64,000 nt of DNA from Candidatus Latescibacterota bacterium (GTDB lineage Bacteria; Latescibacterota; UBA2968): NCBI GenBank assembly GCA_965222605.1, contig OZ244960.1, forward strand, positions 6,112,001 to 6,176,000, given 5' to 3'. Positions 18,183 to 27,845 of the stretch are shown piece after piece. A program made the position numbers and the translations under genes. Every line of letters begins with the position of its first letter. Position 1 is the stretch's first letter. The notes beneath the pieces were generated by a model. That model did not search any database, was not told the DNA's origin, and was given only the letters and a program-made list of their open reading frames with translations.

Positions 18183-19097
18183 ATGTACCGTTTTTTTATG
18201 ATTGCTGGTGTGGTGTTATTGTGTGCGTGTGGTGGAGGCGAAACGCCGCCGGTTGCACAAAACGAGAAGTTGGTGGTGTGTACGACGGGGATGATTGGCG
18301 ATTTGGTGCGCCGTGTTGCTGGGGATCGCGCAGGGGTGATTTCCCTGATGGGACCTGGGATTGATCCGCATTATTACAAGGCGACGCAGGGCGATTTGCA
18401 GAAACTGTCTCGAGCGGATGTGATATTTTACAATGGTCTCTTTCTGGAAGGCAAGCTGGAGGGGATTTTTAAAAAGATGGCGCGCATCAAGACGGTAATT
18501 GCCGTATCGCGGAATATTCCCAAGGATAGGCTGCGGGAACCGGCTGCGGGGCAAGGGGAGCACGATCCGCATATCTGGTTTGATGTCGGCCTGTGGGCAG
18601 AAACCCTGCCCGTGGTTGTCCAGACCCTGAGTGGCATTGACGCCGAAGGTGCCGATGTATTTCGCGCCAATGCCGAGGCGTATCGCAAGCAATTGCTCGA
18701 TCTTGACGCCTGGGCAAAAGCGCAGATTGAACTCGTTCCCAGCGACCAGCGTGTGCTGATTACAGCACACGATGCCTTTGGATATTTTGGTCTTGCTTAC
18801 GGTATTGAAGTGCGAGGGCTTCAGGGGATTTCGACTGTGGCCGAATACGGGGTCAACGATGTGTCGCTGTTGGTAGATTTTATTGTTAAACGGCAGGTGA
18901 AAGCCATTTTTGTGGAAAGCAGTGTGCCCGAGCGCTCAATCAATGCCGTGCGCGAGGGGTGCAAAGCGCGAGGATGGGATGTCGCAATCGGTGGCACGCT
19001 GTATTCCGATGCGATGGGACCTGCGGGCAGTGGGGCCGATACGTACATCGGTATGGTGCGGTCAAATGTGAACACAATTGTCGAGGCGTTAAAATAA
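18183..19097 (+). CDS. troA: Mn/Zn/Fe ABC transporter substrate-binding lipoprotein
   Basis: Lipobox LCAC; GPGIDPHYY, DPHIWFD, TAHDAFGYF and LYSDAMG. Confidence 0.9.
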   Translation: MYRFFMIAGVVLLCACGGGETPPVAQNEKLVVCTTGMIGDLVRRVAGDRAGVISLMGPGIDPHYYKATQGDLQKLSRADVIFYNGLFLEGKLEGIFKKMARIKTVIAVSRNIPKDRLREPAAGQGEHDPHIWFDVGLWAETLPVVVQTLSGIDAEGADVFRANAEAYRKQLLDLDAWAKAQIELVPSDQRVLITAHDAFGYFGLAYGIEVRGLQGISTVAEYGVNDVSLLVDFIVKRQVKAIFVESSVPERSINAVREGCKARGWDVAIGGTLYSDAMGPAGSGADTYIGMVRSNVNTIVEALK

Positions 19098-19882
19098 TGT
19101 TACACGCAGTTGATGAATCGGTGACGCCCATTCATATTCACGATATGACGGTGGCGTATCACAAAAAACCCGTTTTGTGGGATGTCGATCTCGCCGTGCC
19201 AGAAGGTAAGCTCGTGGGGGTTGTGGGGCCCAATGGCGCGGGCAAAAGCACGATGATCAAAGCCATTATGGATCTCGTGCCCAAGGCTTCGGGATGGGTT
19301 CATATCTACGGCAAGCCCTATTCGCGCATGCGCCGGGCCATCGGCTATGTGCCGCAACGCGAGTCGGTGGATTGGGATTTTCCCATCAATGCCTTAGATG
19401 TGGTGCTTATGGGGCGCTATGGGCATGTCGGGTGGGTGAGGCGCCCGGATAAAATTGACAGGGAACTTGCTGAGGAAGCACTTGAAAAGGTTGGTATGAC
19501 TGATTTTGGACATCGGCAGATCAATCAGCTTTCGGGAGGCCAGCAACAGCGGGTTTTCCTTGCTCGCGCCCTGGCGCAAGATGCACAAATTTATTTGATG
19601 GACGAACCCTTTGCCGGCGTGGATGCGGCGACCGAACGCGCCATTATCGACATTTTGATGGATCTGAGGACGCGAAAAAAGACCATGCTGGTTGTGCATC
19701 ACGATTTGCACACGGTGAACCAGTATTTTGACTGGCTTGTTTTGATCAATATGCGGATCGTTGCCGCGGGAGAAACAAAAGATGTATTCACAGAAGATAA
19801 TTTGAACAAAACTTATGGCGGGCGGTTGACGGTGCTTTCGGAAGCTGCGCAGGCTGTTGCCCATCATCAGCGGGGGTTATGA
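19097..19882 (+). CDS. troB: Metal ABC transporter ATP-binding protein
   Basis: GPNGAGKST, YVPQRESVDWDFP, LSGGQQQR and MDEPFAGVD. Confidence 0.92.
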   Translation: MLHAVDESVTPIHIHDMTVAYHKKPVLWDVDLAVPEGKLVGVVGPNGAGKSTMIKAIMDLVPKASGWVHIYGKPYSRMRRAIGYVPQRESVDWDFPINALDVVLMGRYGHVGWVRRPDKIDRELAEEALEKVGMTDFGHRQINQLSGGQQQRVFLARALAQDAQIYLMDEPFAGVDAATERAIIDILMDLRTRKKTMLVVHHDLHTVNQYFDWLVLINMRIVAAGETKDVFTEDNLNKTYGGRLTVLSEAAQAVAHHQRGL

Positions 19883-19883
19883 G

Positions 19884-21170
19884 GTGATTTGGGACGCGAC
19901 ATTTCAGTTGGTTTTGCTCGGTTCGCTGTTGATCGGAGCGACATCGGGCACGCTGGGCGCATTTGCCGTGTTGCGCCGGCGCAGCCTTTTGGGCGATGCT
20001 TTGGCGCATGCAGCACTTCCGGGTGTCGCACTGGCATTTCTATGGACGCAGAGCAAGGCATTACCCATTCTGCTTTTGGGCGCGACTATTTCCAGCGTGG
20101 TGGGGGTGCTTATAATTGAGGCCATTGTCAATTACACGCGCATCAAAGCAGATGCTGCGCTGGGTATTGTGCTTTCGGTATTTTTTGGTGGGGGAATTGT
20201 GTTGCTCACGCATATTCAGCAGAGCGAGGTGGGCAATCAAAGTGGTCTGGATAAGTTTCTTTTTGGTCAGGCAGCTTCTATCGTGCGCGCTGATCTATAT
20301 GTGATGTGCATTGTGTCTGCGCTGGTTATAGTTGCGGTTTTTCTTTTTTTTAAGGAATTTAAAGGGCTAATTTTTGATGCGGAATTTCTCTCTGCGCTGG
20401 GATTTTCCCAGCGTGTGGTCGATCTTTTGTTGATGGGATTGATCGTGCTTACCGTTATGGTGGGGCTTCAGGCCGTGGGGGTTATTCTCATTGCTGCGAT
20501 GTTGATTACCCCGGCTGCTGCTGCGCGGTTTTGGACAGATCGGCTGCATGTCATGGTGCTGGCGTCGGGCATTTTAGGCGCGTTGTGCGGTGCGCTGGGA
20601 GTTGGTCTGAGCGCGCTAGCACCCCGAATTCCGACGGGGCCGGTGATGGTGCTGGTTGCAACGGCTGCATTTCTCGTTTCTGTGCTGATTGCCCCCAGGC
20701 GTGGAGTGCTCGCCAGGTGGGCACGGCTCAGGGCAAATGCGTTGCGAGAGAACGGTCAGCATTTTTTGCGGGCCTATCTCGCGTTGCAGGCGCGGGGCAA
20801 GCGGGAGATCGTGTTGTTGGACCTCGCCAGCGAGCTTCAGTTGCCGCTTTACCACGTGCGTCGGCTTGCAAAGCGTCTCGCGCGTGATGGGTGGGTGGGC
20901 TTGCAAAATGGGGCGTGTTATTTGACAAAACTGGGACAAAAAGAGGCGGATTTTGTGGTCAAATCCCATCAGCTATGGGAATATTATCTGGTTTATCGGT
21001 CTATCTTAGAGGAAGATCACGTGGATAGACCCGCCGACGAGGTCGAGCATATTTTAACGCCTGAGATTATTGAACAACTCGAATCGATTTTGGCGCAAGA
21101 AGGTATAGCTGTTGTTGGGGATATCCACAAAACGCACAGTGGCTATCGGAGGACCGGCGAAGATGAATGA
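19884..21170 (+). CDS. troC: Metal ABC permease fused to a C-terminal DtxR-like domain
   Basis: SLLGDALAHAALPG permease; C-terminal wHTH plus HQLWEYYL...HVDRPADEVEHIL. Confidence 0.85.
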   Translation: MIWDATFQLVLLGSLLIGATSGTLGAFAVLRRRSLLGDALAHAALPGVALAFLWTQSKALPILLLGATISSVVGVLIIEAIVNYTRIKADAALGIVLSVFFGGGIVLLTHIQQSEVGNQSGLDKFLFGQAASIVRADLYVMCIVSALVIVAVFLFFKEFKGLIFDAEFLSALGFSQRVVDLLLMGLIVLTVMVGLQAVGVILIAAMLITPAAAARFWTDRLHVMVLASGILGALCGALGVGLSALAPRIPTGPVMVLVATAAFLVSVLIAPRRGVLARWARLRANALRENGQHFLRAYLALQARGKREIVLLDLASELQLPLYHVRRLAKRLARDGWVGLQNGACYLTKLGQKEADFVVKSHQLWEYYLVYRSILEEDHVDRPADEVEHILTPEIIEQLESILAQEGIAVVGDIHKTHSGYRRTGEDE

Positions 21171-22437
21171 GTTTTGGGGACCATTTTGGATTGTGTTTAC
21201 AGGTGCGCTGGCCGGGGCATCGTGCGGTTTGTTGGGTGCGTATCTCGTGTTGCGCAAGATGTCGCTTTTGGGCGATGCACTAAGCCATGCTGTTTTGCCG
21301 GGCATTGTTATTGCGTTTTTGCTTTCGGGCAGTCGCGATGTGATTCCGATGTTTATTGGTGCTGCTGTATGTGGAGTGATTGCCACGGTGTTGATTGAGA
21401 CATTTCACCGCAGGTGGCGCGTGCAAGAAGATACGTCAATTGGCATTGTTTTCACGATGCTTTTCGCGCTGGGGGTTGTTTTGATCACGGCATTTGCCGG
21501 GCAGGTCGATCTCGATCAAGAATGCGTTCTTTACGGGGAGATCGCGTACACGCCCTGGGATCGTCTGTTCTGGGGAGAATGGGATTTGGGACCGCGCCCT
21601 GTATGGATTCTCGGAACGGTGTTTGCGCTTAATCTCGCGCTTGTTCTGGTGTTTTACAAAGAGCTTTTGATCGCGTCTTTTGATGCCGAGATGGCGCTCT
21701 CTGTGGGTGTGAGTGCTGCGCTGGTGCATTATGCGCTGATGGGAGCCGTTTCTGTGACAACGGTGGCCGCATTTGAGTCCGTGGGGGCTATTCTCGTCGT
21801 GGCGATGCTGATTGTTCCCGGTGCTTCGGCCTATTTGTGGAGCGATCGGTTAAAAGTCATTTTGACGCTGTCTGCGCTGATCGGCGTTATTTCTGCAATT
21901 GCCGGGTATTTTCTGGCAGGAGTTTGGAATAGTTCTATTGCCGGGGCGATGGTCGTCGCTATGGGTGTGCTATTCGCGCTTTCCCTGATTTTTGCGCCCC
22001 AATATGGTTTGCTGGGGCGATTCGTGCGGCAAGTACGGCTCTCTTTGAGGGTTGCTCGAGACCACGTTTTGTTAAAGTTGCTTCGCGATAGGGAATCGCG
22101 TCGCGTCTCTGCGCTCAGTTGGGGCGATCTGGTCGATACGGCTGCACGCCGGGTGTCTGGTATTGCGATTCGGTCGTTGATGTGGCAAGGGCTGATCACG
22201 CGGGAGAATGGACATTTTTCACTGGGAGAACAGGGGGTTGTGTATGCGACCAGATTGCTCCGCAACCACCGGCTTTGGGAGTCCTACCTGAATCAATTGG
22301 GGCTTCCGCCAGATCATGTACACGACCCTGCCGATGCGCTGGAACACTTTACGGATGACCATCTGAGGGAAGAAATTCGAGCGGCATTGCCCAATATCGC
22401 AACCGATCCGCAGGGTAAGCGCATTCCCGAAGGGTAG
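21163..22437 (+). CDS. troD: Metal ABC permease fused to a C-terminal DtxR-like domain
   Basis: GDALSHAVLPG, VDLDQECVLYGEI and AAFESVGAILVVA; C-terminal RNHRLWESYL...HVHDPADALEH...DPQGKRIP. Confidence 0.85.
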   Translation: MNEFWGPFWIVFTGALAGASCGLLGAYLVLRKMSLLGDALSHAVLPGIVIAFLLSGSRDVIPMFIGAAVCGVIATVLIETFHRRWRVQEDTSIGIVFTMLFALGVVLITAFAGQVDLDQECVLYGEIAYTPWDRLFWGEWDLGPRPVWILGTVFALNLALVLVFYKELLIASFDAEMALSVGVSAALVHYALMGAVSVTTVAAFESVGAILVVAMLIVPGASAYLWSDRLKVILTLSALIGVISAIAGYFLAGVWNSSIAGAMVVAMGVLFALSLIFAPQYGLLGRFVRQVRLSLRVARDHVLLKLLRDRESRRVSALSWGDLVDTAARRVSGIAIRSLMWQGLITRENGHFSLGEQGVVYATRLLRNHRLWESYLNQLGLPPDHVHDPADALEHFTDDHLREEIRAALPNIATDPQGKRIPEG

Positions 22438-22498
22438 GATATACTTGCTTGTATATGAGGTTTATCTTACTTTGTTTGATAGTTATTGGGGTAAAAAT

Positions 22499-23176
22499 AT
22501 GATTAGTCAATCGTCACAGGATTATTTGAAAACGATCTACAAGCTGACACACGGGCAAAATCCCGTTGCATCTGTGACGACTTCGCTTATTGCAGAGCAC
22601 AGGGCGGTTGCACCTGCTTCGGTCACCAATATGCTGAAGAAACTCGCCGCGATGAAGCTGGTGGAACACACGCCTTATCAGGGTGTTGTGCTCACATCGA
22701 CGGGAGAACGCATTGCCCTCGAGGTCATTCGCCACCACCGTTTGCTGGAGCTATATTTGTCAGAGGTGCTGGGATTTGATCTGGATAAGGTCGATGAAGA
22801 GGCGGATCGGTTGGAGCATGTTATCTCTGAGGAGTTTGAAGATAAAATTGACCGAATGCTGGGGTATCCGACAGTCGATCCTCACGGCGCTCCGATTCCA
22901 CGCAAAGATGGTTCAATAGAATACGACCATTATGTGTGTTTGGCAGATATTCCAGCAGGTGCAAATGTATGCGTCAGGCAGGTAAGTGATCAAAGCGCGG
23001 AGATGTTGCGCTATATGGCGACGATGGGTATTAAACCCAATGTCGAGATCGAGGTAGTGAGTCGCGCGCCTTTTAACGGCCCGCTGGAAATTGTAGTCAA
23101 TGGCAAGGCCACATATTCACTCGGGCTTGAAGTAGCCGCACATATTTATGTTTCATCATTGGGGGAAGAGGGCTGA
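22499..23176 (+). CDS. troR: DtxR/TroR/MntR regulator with FeoA-like C-terminal domain
   Basis: QDYLKTIY, ASVTNMLKKL, RHHRLLELYL, EEADRLEH and DPHGAPIP. Confidence 0.88.
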   Translation: MISQSSQDYLKTIYKLTHGQNPVASVTTSLIAEHRAVAPASVTNMLKKLAAMKLVEHTPYQGVVLTSTGERIALEVIRHHRLLELYLSEVLGFDLDKVDEEADRLEHVISEEFEDKIDRMLGYPTVDPHGAPIPRKDGSIEYDHYVCLADIPAGANVCVRQVSDQSAEMLRYMATMGIKPNVEIEVVSRAPFNGPLEIVVNGKATYSLGLEVAAHIYVSSLGEEG

Positions 23177-23177
23177 G

Positions 23178-24794
23178 ATGGGGAGGTTTGCTGTTTTGTT
23201 GGCAATTGTTTTGTTGGTGGGCGGATCTGTGCATGCACAAGTTCCGCCCATTTTTGCGCCCGGAACTGAACTTCACGATATTTACTGCCGCGCATGTGCC
23301 CATTTTTTTCCCGAGGTTCTGCCTGTTGACAGCGAGTTTCGGCTGGATAGAGCTATTTGTGGGACATCGGCGATAAGGGGATTGACCGCGAATTGGGATC
23401 GTTTGCCTCCCGCGGCAAAAGAGGCGTTTGCGTTTCTCCAGCAGCGTCCCATCCTGAGTCATTCGATTCTGTCTTCGGGTGGTCGTTTCAAAATTCACTA
23501 CAATACCACGGGGACTCACGCCGTTGCTCCAACCGATACAGATGCCAATGGCGTGCCCGATTATGTCGATGAATCCGCGCGCGTTTTTGAGGCGATTTGG
23601 GATCTGGAGATCAATCAGTTGGGCTACCATCCCCCTCTGTCCGATGGCGATGGTGTTTACGATATTTATATTAAAAATCTCGCCCTTCAGTCAGCTTATG
23701 GCTTTACATATCCGATTGTATATACGGAACTGACGACGCCGAGTTATATGGAGATTGACAATAATTTTACGGATAATATTTACCCTCTAAATTCACGCGG
23801 ATTCAATGGATTGCGCGTGACGGCTGCACACGAATTTTTTCACGCGATTCAATTTGGGTATTATGCCGACTTTGGCGCTGCGTGGTGGCAAGAACTCACG
23901 GCGACCTGGATGGAGGATGTGGCCTATCCCAGTGTGAATGATTTTTATCAGTACATGAGTTGCCCGCGCAATTTTTCGTGTATTTACGACGATCCCGAGG
24001 CGTCATTGGACAAATTTTCTGGTAGTCTTCATCCTTTTGGCGCTGCGGTTTTTGCCCATCACGTCGAGCAGGTTTACGGTGCGGATGTGATCAAAAGCGT
24101 TTGGGAGTTGCTCAAAAGACGCGATCCGAGCAGATATAGTTTGTCGCTTATTGATGATGGGATGCCCTTGGGCGGATTTGCCCAGGTGATGCCGCGGTTT
24201 GCCGCGTGGAATTATTTAACTGATGTGCGTGCCCGCCCCGGATATTATGTTGAAGCGCGCGATTTGCCCTCTATAAAGCATGCCGATATTGGCCTCGGTA
24301 CAGGTGGCTTTTTTGAAGGGTCTGAAACGGTTGATCATTTGGGGACTACATATTTGCGCGTATCTACTTCGAATATTGCTGGCGGGCTTCGGGGAACATT
24401 TGCACTGGACAATCAGGGGCGGTGGACTTTGCTGGTTATGCTGATCTCTCCGTCTGGCGTCGAGCTATTGTATCCACGCGGGACAACGGTGGTGATTCCA
24501 AGAGCCAATCGTTTTGACGAGGTTGTATTTATTGTGATGGAAACATCGCTTTCGGGTGAAAGGCGGCGCGTGAATTACACGCTGTCAACTGGCGGAAGTA
24601 CGGCGACGGATATCGTGGGCGATGTCGATGGCGATGGGCGCGTTGCATTTTCCGATTTTCTGAAATTTGCGGATGGTTTTAAACTCTTGCATACGGATAA
24701 TAAGTACAATCCAAAATTGGATTTCAATGGGGATGGACCTGTTGATTTTCGTGATTTTCTCATTTTTGTTTCCCATTTTGGTGAATCGCGTTAG
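23178..24794 (+). CDS. Secreted zinc metalloprotease (MXAN_6640-like) with C-terminal EF-hand/dockerin-like pair
   Basis: Signal peptide; FKIHY...DANGVPDYV; VTAAHEFFHAIQFGY; WWQELTATWMED; DVDGDGRVAFSDF and DFNGDGPVDFRDF. Confidence 0.8.
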   Translation: MGRFAVLLAIVLLVGGSVHAQVPPIFAPGTELHDIYCRACAHFFPEVLPVDSEFRLDRAICGTSAIRGLTANWDRLPPAAKEAFAFLQQRPILSHSILSSGGRFKIHYNTTGTHAVAPTDTDANGVPDYVDESARVFEAIWDLEINQLGYHPPLSDGDGVYDIYIKNLALQSAYGFTYPIVYTELTTPSYMEIDNNFTDNIYPLNSRGFNGLRVTAAHEFFHAIQFGYYADFGAAWWQELTATWMEDVAYPSVNDFYQYMSCPRNFSCIYDDPEASLDKFSGSLHPFGAAVFAHHVEQVYGADVIKSVWELLKRRDPSRYSLSLIDDGMPLGGFAQVMPRFAAWNYLTDVRARPGYYVEARDLPSIKHADIGLGTGGFFEGSETVDHLGTTYLRVSTSNIAGGLRGTFALDNQGRWTLLVMLISPSGVELLYPRGTTVVIPRANRFDEVVFIVMETSLSGERRRVNYTLSTGGSTATDIVGDVDGDGRVAFSDFLKFADGFKLLHTDNKYNPKLDFNGDGPVDFRDFLIFVSHFGESR

Positions 24795-24806
24795 GGGAGT
24801 ATCACT

Positions 24807-25571
24807 GTGATTGTATTGCGAACAGATCGAGAGCTGGATTTGATGGTTGAGGCAAACCGCATTGTGGGGCTGGTACATCGCACACTCAAACTACTTGTCA
24901 AGGTGGGAACGACGACCAGAGAACTGGATGCCGTGGCTGAAGATGTGATTCGCTCGAGCGGCGCAGAACCCGCATTTAAGGGCTATAAGGGATATCCTGC
25001 AGCGAGTTGTATTTCTATTAATGAACAGGTCGTACACGGGATTCCCGGATCGCGGAAGCTGGTGGATGGCGATATTGTCAGCATTGATATCGGCGTGAAA
25101 TTGCGAGGCTACTACGGCGACCAGGCGATTACGCGCGTTGTTGGCAATATTTCGGAGCGAGAGAAAGAATTGCTCAAAGTGACGCGAGAAGCTCTGTTTA
25201 AGGGGATTGAGCAAGCTGTTGCCGGAAGACGCCTGAGCGATATTTGCGGTGCGGTACAAAACTGGGTTGAGCAATTTGGATTTTCTGTTGTACGGCAATT
25301 TGTAGGACATGGTATTGGGCGCAGGTTACACGAAGAACCCGCCGTGCCCAATTATGTGCCCCCAGAGCGCAATCCGCGTTTGCGAAAGGGGATGGTGCTC
25401 GCCATTGAGCCTATGGTCAATTTGGGAACGCACGAAGTTGTGGTAGCGGATGACGGGTGGACGGCATCGGCAGCCGATGGGTTGCCTTCGGCGCATTTTG
25501 AACATGTGGTAGCAATTACGCGTGGAGAACCCAGGATTTTGACGATGTTCGAGGAAGAGATCGATGCGTAA
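24807..25571 (+). CDS. map: Type I methionine aminopeptidase
   Basis: CISINEQVVHGIP, DIVSIDIG, GHGIGRRLHEEP, AIEPM and SAHFEH. Confidence 0.96.
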   Translation: MIVLRTDRELDLMVEANRIVGLVHRTLKLLVKVGTTTRELDAVAEDVIRSSGAEPAFKGYKGYPAASCISINEQVVHGIPGSRKLVDGDIVSIDIGVKLRGYYGDQAITRVVGNISEREKELLKVTREALFKGIEQAVAGRRLSDICGAVQNWVEQFGFSVVRQFVGHGIGRRLHEEPAVPNYVPPERNPRLRKGMVLAIEPMVNLGTHEVVVADDGWTASAADGLPSAHFEHVVAITRGEPRILTMFEEEIDA

Positions 25572-26046
25572 ATCTATTCTCTTATGCGTTCTTATGTGGT
25601 TGATATCTTGTAGTCAGCACTATGAGGAAGGGGCGCATCCGCCGCCAAAGCCTCCACCTGTTCAGACCACAGAGGATAAAGAAGGACCACAGGCATCAGA
25701 TGCTGTGGTTTCTGGGACGATTCGACTGGCCGATGGGTTGGACGAACGCATCGGAAGCAATGCCGTGCTATTTGTTATTGCGCGACCTGCCCCTGTTGGC
25801 GGGCCACCGCTGGCAGTGAAGCGGCTCGACATTTCCGATTTCCCCCTTTCGTACACACTAACGCGCGGAGATGCGATGATCGAGATTGACTGGTCTGAGA
25901 TCGATGCGTTGTACGTTTCTGCAAAAATTGATGCAGACGGACGTGTGGGTGGTTCCAAAGCAGGGGATATGGAGGGAATTTATCCGCAAAATCCCGTTGC
26001 ACCCGGGGCCGTGGAAGTGGATATTTTGATCGATACGGTACATTGA
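25564..26046 (+). CDS. Lipoprotein resembling the CcmI/CycH C-terminal Ig-like domain
   Basis: Lipobox LISC; VLFVIAR...GPPLAVKRL...FPLSYTL...DAM...VSAKID...GD pattern. Confidence 0.7.
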   Translation: MRKSILLCVLMWLISCSQHYEEGAHPPPKPPPVQTTEDKEGPQASDAVVSGTIRLADGLDERIGSNAVLFVIARPAPVGGPPLAVKRLDISDFPLSYTLTRGDAMIEIDWSEIDALYVSAKIDADGRVGGSKAGDMEGIYPQNPVAPGAVEVDILIDTVH

Positions 26047-26049
26047 GTT

Positions 26050-27792
26050 ATGAGCTATACGGTGATTCACGCGACACACGAAGCGGTGCGCAAGGCCGGT
26101 GGTATCGGGACGGTTCTCGAGGGCTTGATGACCTCTTCTGTGTACCAGAGAGCTGTGCGGCGATCTTTTCTCGTCGGTCCGCTTTCGCGCCCAGAGGATG
26201 AAGATCTTCTTGCGGAAAGTGGCGAGGTAATTTTTTCGACTATTTCCGGGGTGCAAAATGTGGATTGTGCCGACGCGCTCAATCTCGTAGCAGAGCGGTA
26301 CAATGTCAATATCATTTATGGGATACGCCAATTCACGGGGGGATATGAAGCCGATGTATTGCTCGTCGATGCCGAAGATATCAACCCGCGGCGGTCCCGC
26401 AATTTTAAGTACAATCTCTACCGGTACTTTGGCCTTACGTCTGACCGATACGATACGGTTGCGGATTACGCGCTGTATATCGACAGTGCCGAAGCTATTT
26501 ACGACGCTGTTACTGCGCTCATTGGAGAGGCACCTGGTCCGCATATTGTGCTGGCTCATGAGTATATGGGCATGCCTGTCGCGCTCAAAGCTATTGCGGA
26601 AAATGATCCGCGCTTTTGGGCAATTTTTTACGCCCATGAAGTTTCAACGATGCGCGGAATCACAGAGGGCAACCCGGGGCACGATGTGATGTTTTACAAT
26701 GCGATGTCGCAGGCACTTGCACAGGGCGAAGTGGTTGAGGATATATTTGGAGATCAGTCCGATTATTATCGGCACGCGCTGGTTCAACTGGCGTCGCACT
26801 GCGATGGTATTTTTGCGGTGGGCGATCCAACGCTCGATGAGCTTCGATTTATGGGATTTGAGGCGCAGGCAATAGACCTGGTGTACAATGGGATTCCCTC
26901 TCTGCAGATTTCTTATGCAGAGAAATTGCAATCTCGTACGCGCTTACAGGATTACGCGCAAAACTTGCTCGGGTATGAGCCAGATGTGGTGATGACACAT
27001 GTTACGCGCCCGGTGATTAGCAAGGGAATATGGCGCGATTTGCTCGTATTGTCGCATCTCGATAACTTGTTGGGGGACAGGGGGCAAGCAGGCGTGTTTT
27101 TTGTGCTTACAACAGCAGCAGAACAGCGCGGTGCACGAGATATCGAGATTATGGAGTCCGAATATGGATGGCCGGTTGTACACCAGATAGGGCCGCCTGA
27201 TCTGGTTTCAAATGAGGTGGATATCTGGCGGAATATGGAAGCGTTTAACCGCGAGGCTGTTGCCATTCAAGCCATTTTGGTCAACCAGTTTGGATGGGAC
27301 CGGGCGAGTTGCGGGCAGCGCATGCCGCAAGATATGACATTTGAGGATTTGCGGCGGGGCACGGATGTCGAATTCGGACAATCAATTTACGAGCCGTTTG
27401 GCATTGCCGTGCTGGAACCTCTGACTTTTGGGGGGCTGTGCGTGCCGAGTAGTGTGTGCGGGTGTTGCGGATTTTTGGATCTCGTGACAAAAGAACAGGC
27501 AGGTCCTCCCGTCGTGGTGGCTGATTATACGACGGATGTCGCATTGGAGAGTGCCGCGTCTGCTCGTGTGATAGGCGAGTATGAACGCCGCATTCAGGAA
27601 GGCAAAGTAGCAGAAAAAGTCGCGTGGGATATCGCAGATGCGTTGCCATCATCGGATAGAGAACGCGCGGTGCGATTGCATTCGGGTTACAAGTTGGCCG
27701 CACAAATGAGCTGGGATCGCGTGTGCGAAGCATTTTTTTTCCCCGGTATAGAACGCGCGATCTCTCGTCGTCAAACACAACGAAACGTTTGA
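26050..27792 (+). CDS. GT3/glycogen-synthase-like glycosyltransferase
   Basis: HEAVRKAGGIGTV (KxGG), AHEYMG, LVYNGI and SIYEPFG. Confidence 0.65.
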   Translation: MSYTVIHATHEAVRKAGGIGTVLEGLMTSSVYQRAVRRSFLVGPLSRPEDEDLLAESGEVIFSTISGVQNVDCADALNLVAERYNVNIIYGIRQFTGGYEADVLLVDAEDINPRRSRNFKYNLYRYFGLTSDRYDTVADYALYIDSAEAIYDAVTALIGEAPGPHIVLAHEYMGMPVALKAIAENDPRFWAIFYAHEVSTMRGITEGNPGHDVMFYNAMSQALAQGEVVEDIFGDQSDYYRHALVQLASHCDGIFAVGDPTLDELRFMGFEAQAIDLVYNGIPSLQISYAEKLQSRTRLQDYAQNLLGYEPDVVMTHVTRPVISKGIWRDLLVLSHLDNLLGDRGQAGVFFVLTTAAEQRGARDIEIMESEYGWPVVHQIGPPDLVSNEVDIWRNMEAFNREAVAIQAILVNQFGWDRASCGQRMPQDMTFEDLRRGTDVEFGQSIYEPFGIAVLEPLTFGGLCVPSSVCGCCGFLDLVTKEQAGPPVVVADYTTDVALESAASARVIGEYERRIQEGKVAEKVAWDIADALPSSDRERAVRLHSGYKLAAQMSWDRVCEAFFFPGIERAISRRQTQRNV

Positions 27793-27845
27793 CGCTTTGA
27801 AACGTGTAAGAAGCTGACCGCTATTTTTACCCATTGAGTGATAAT

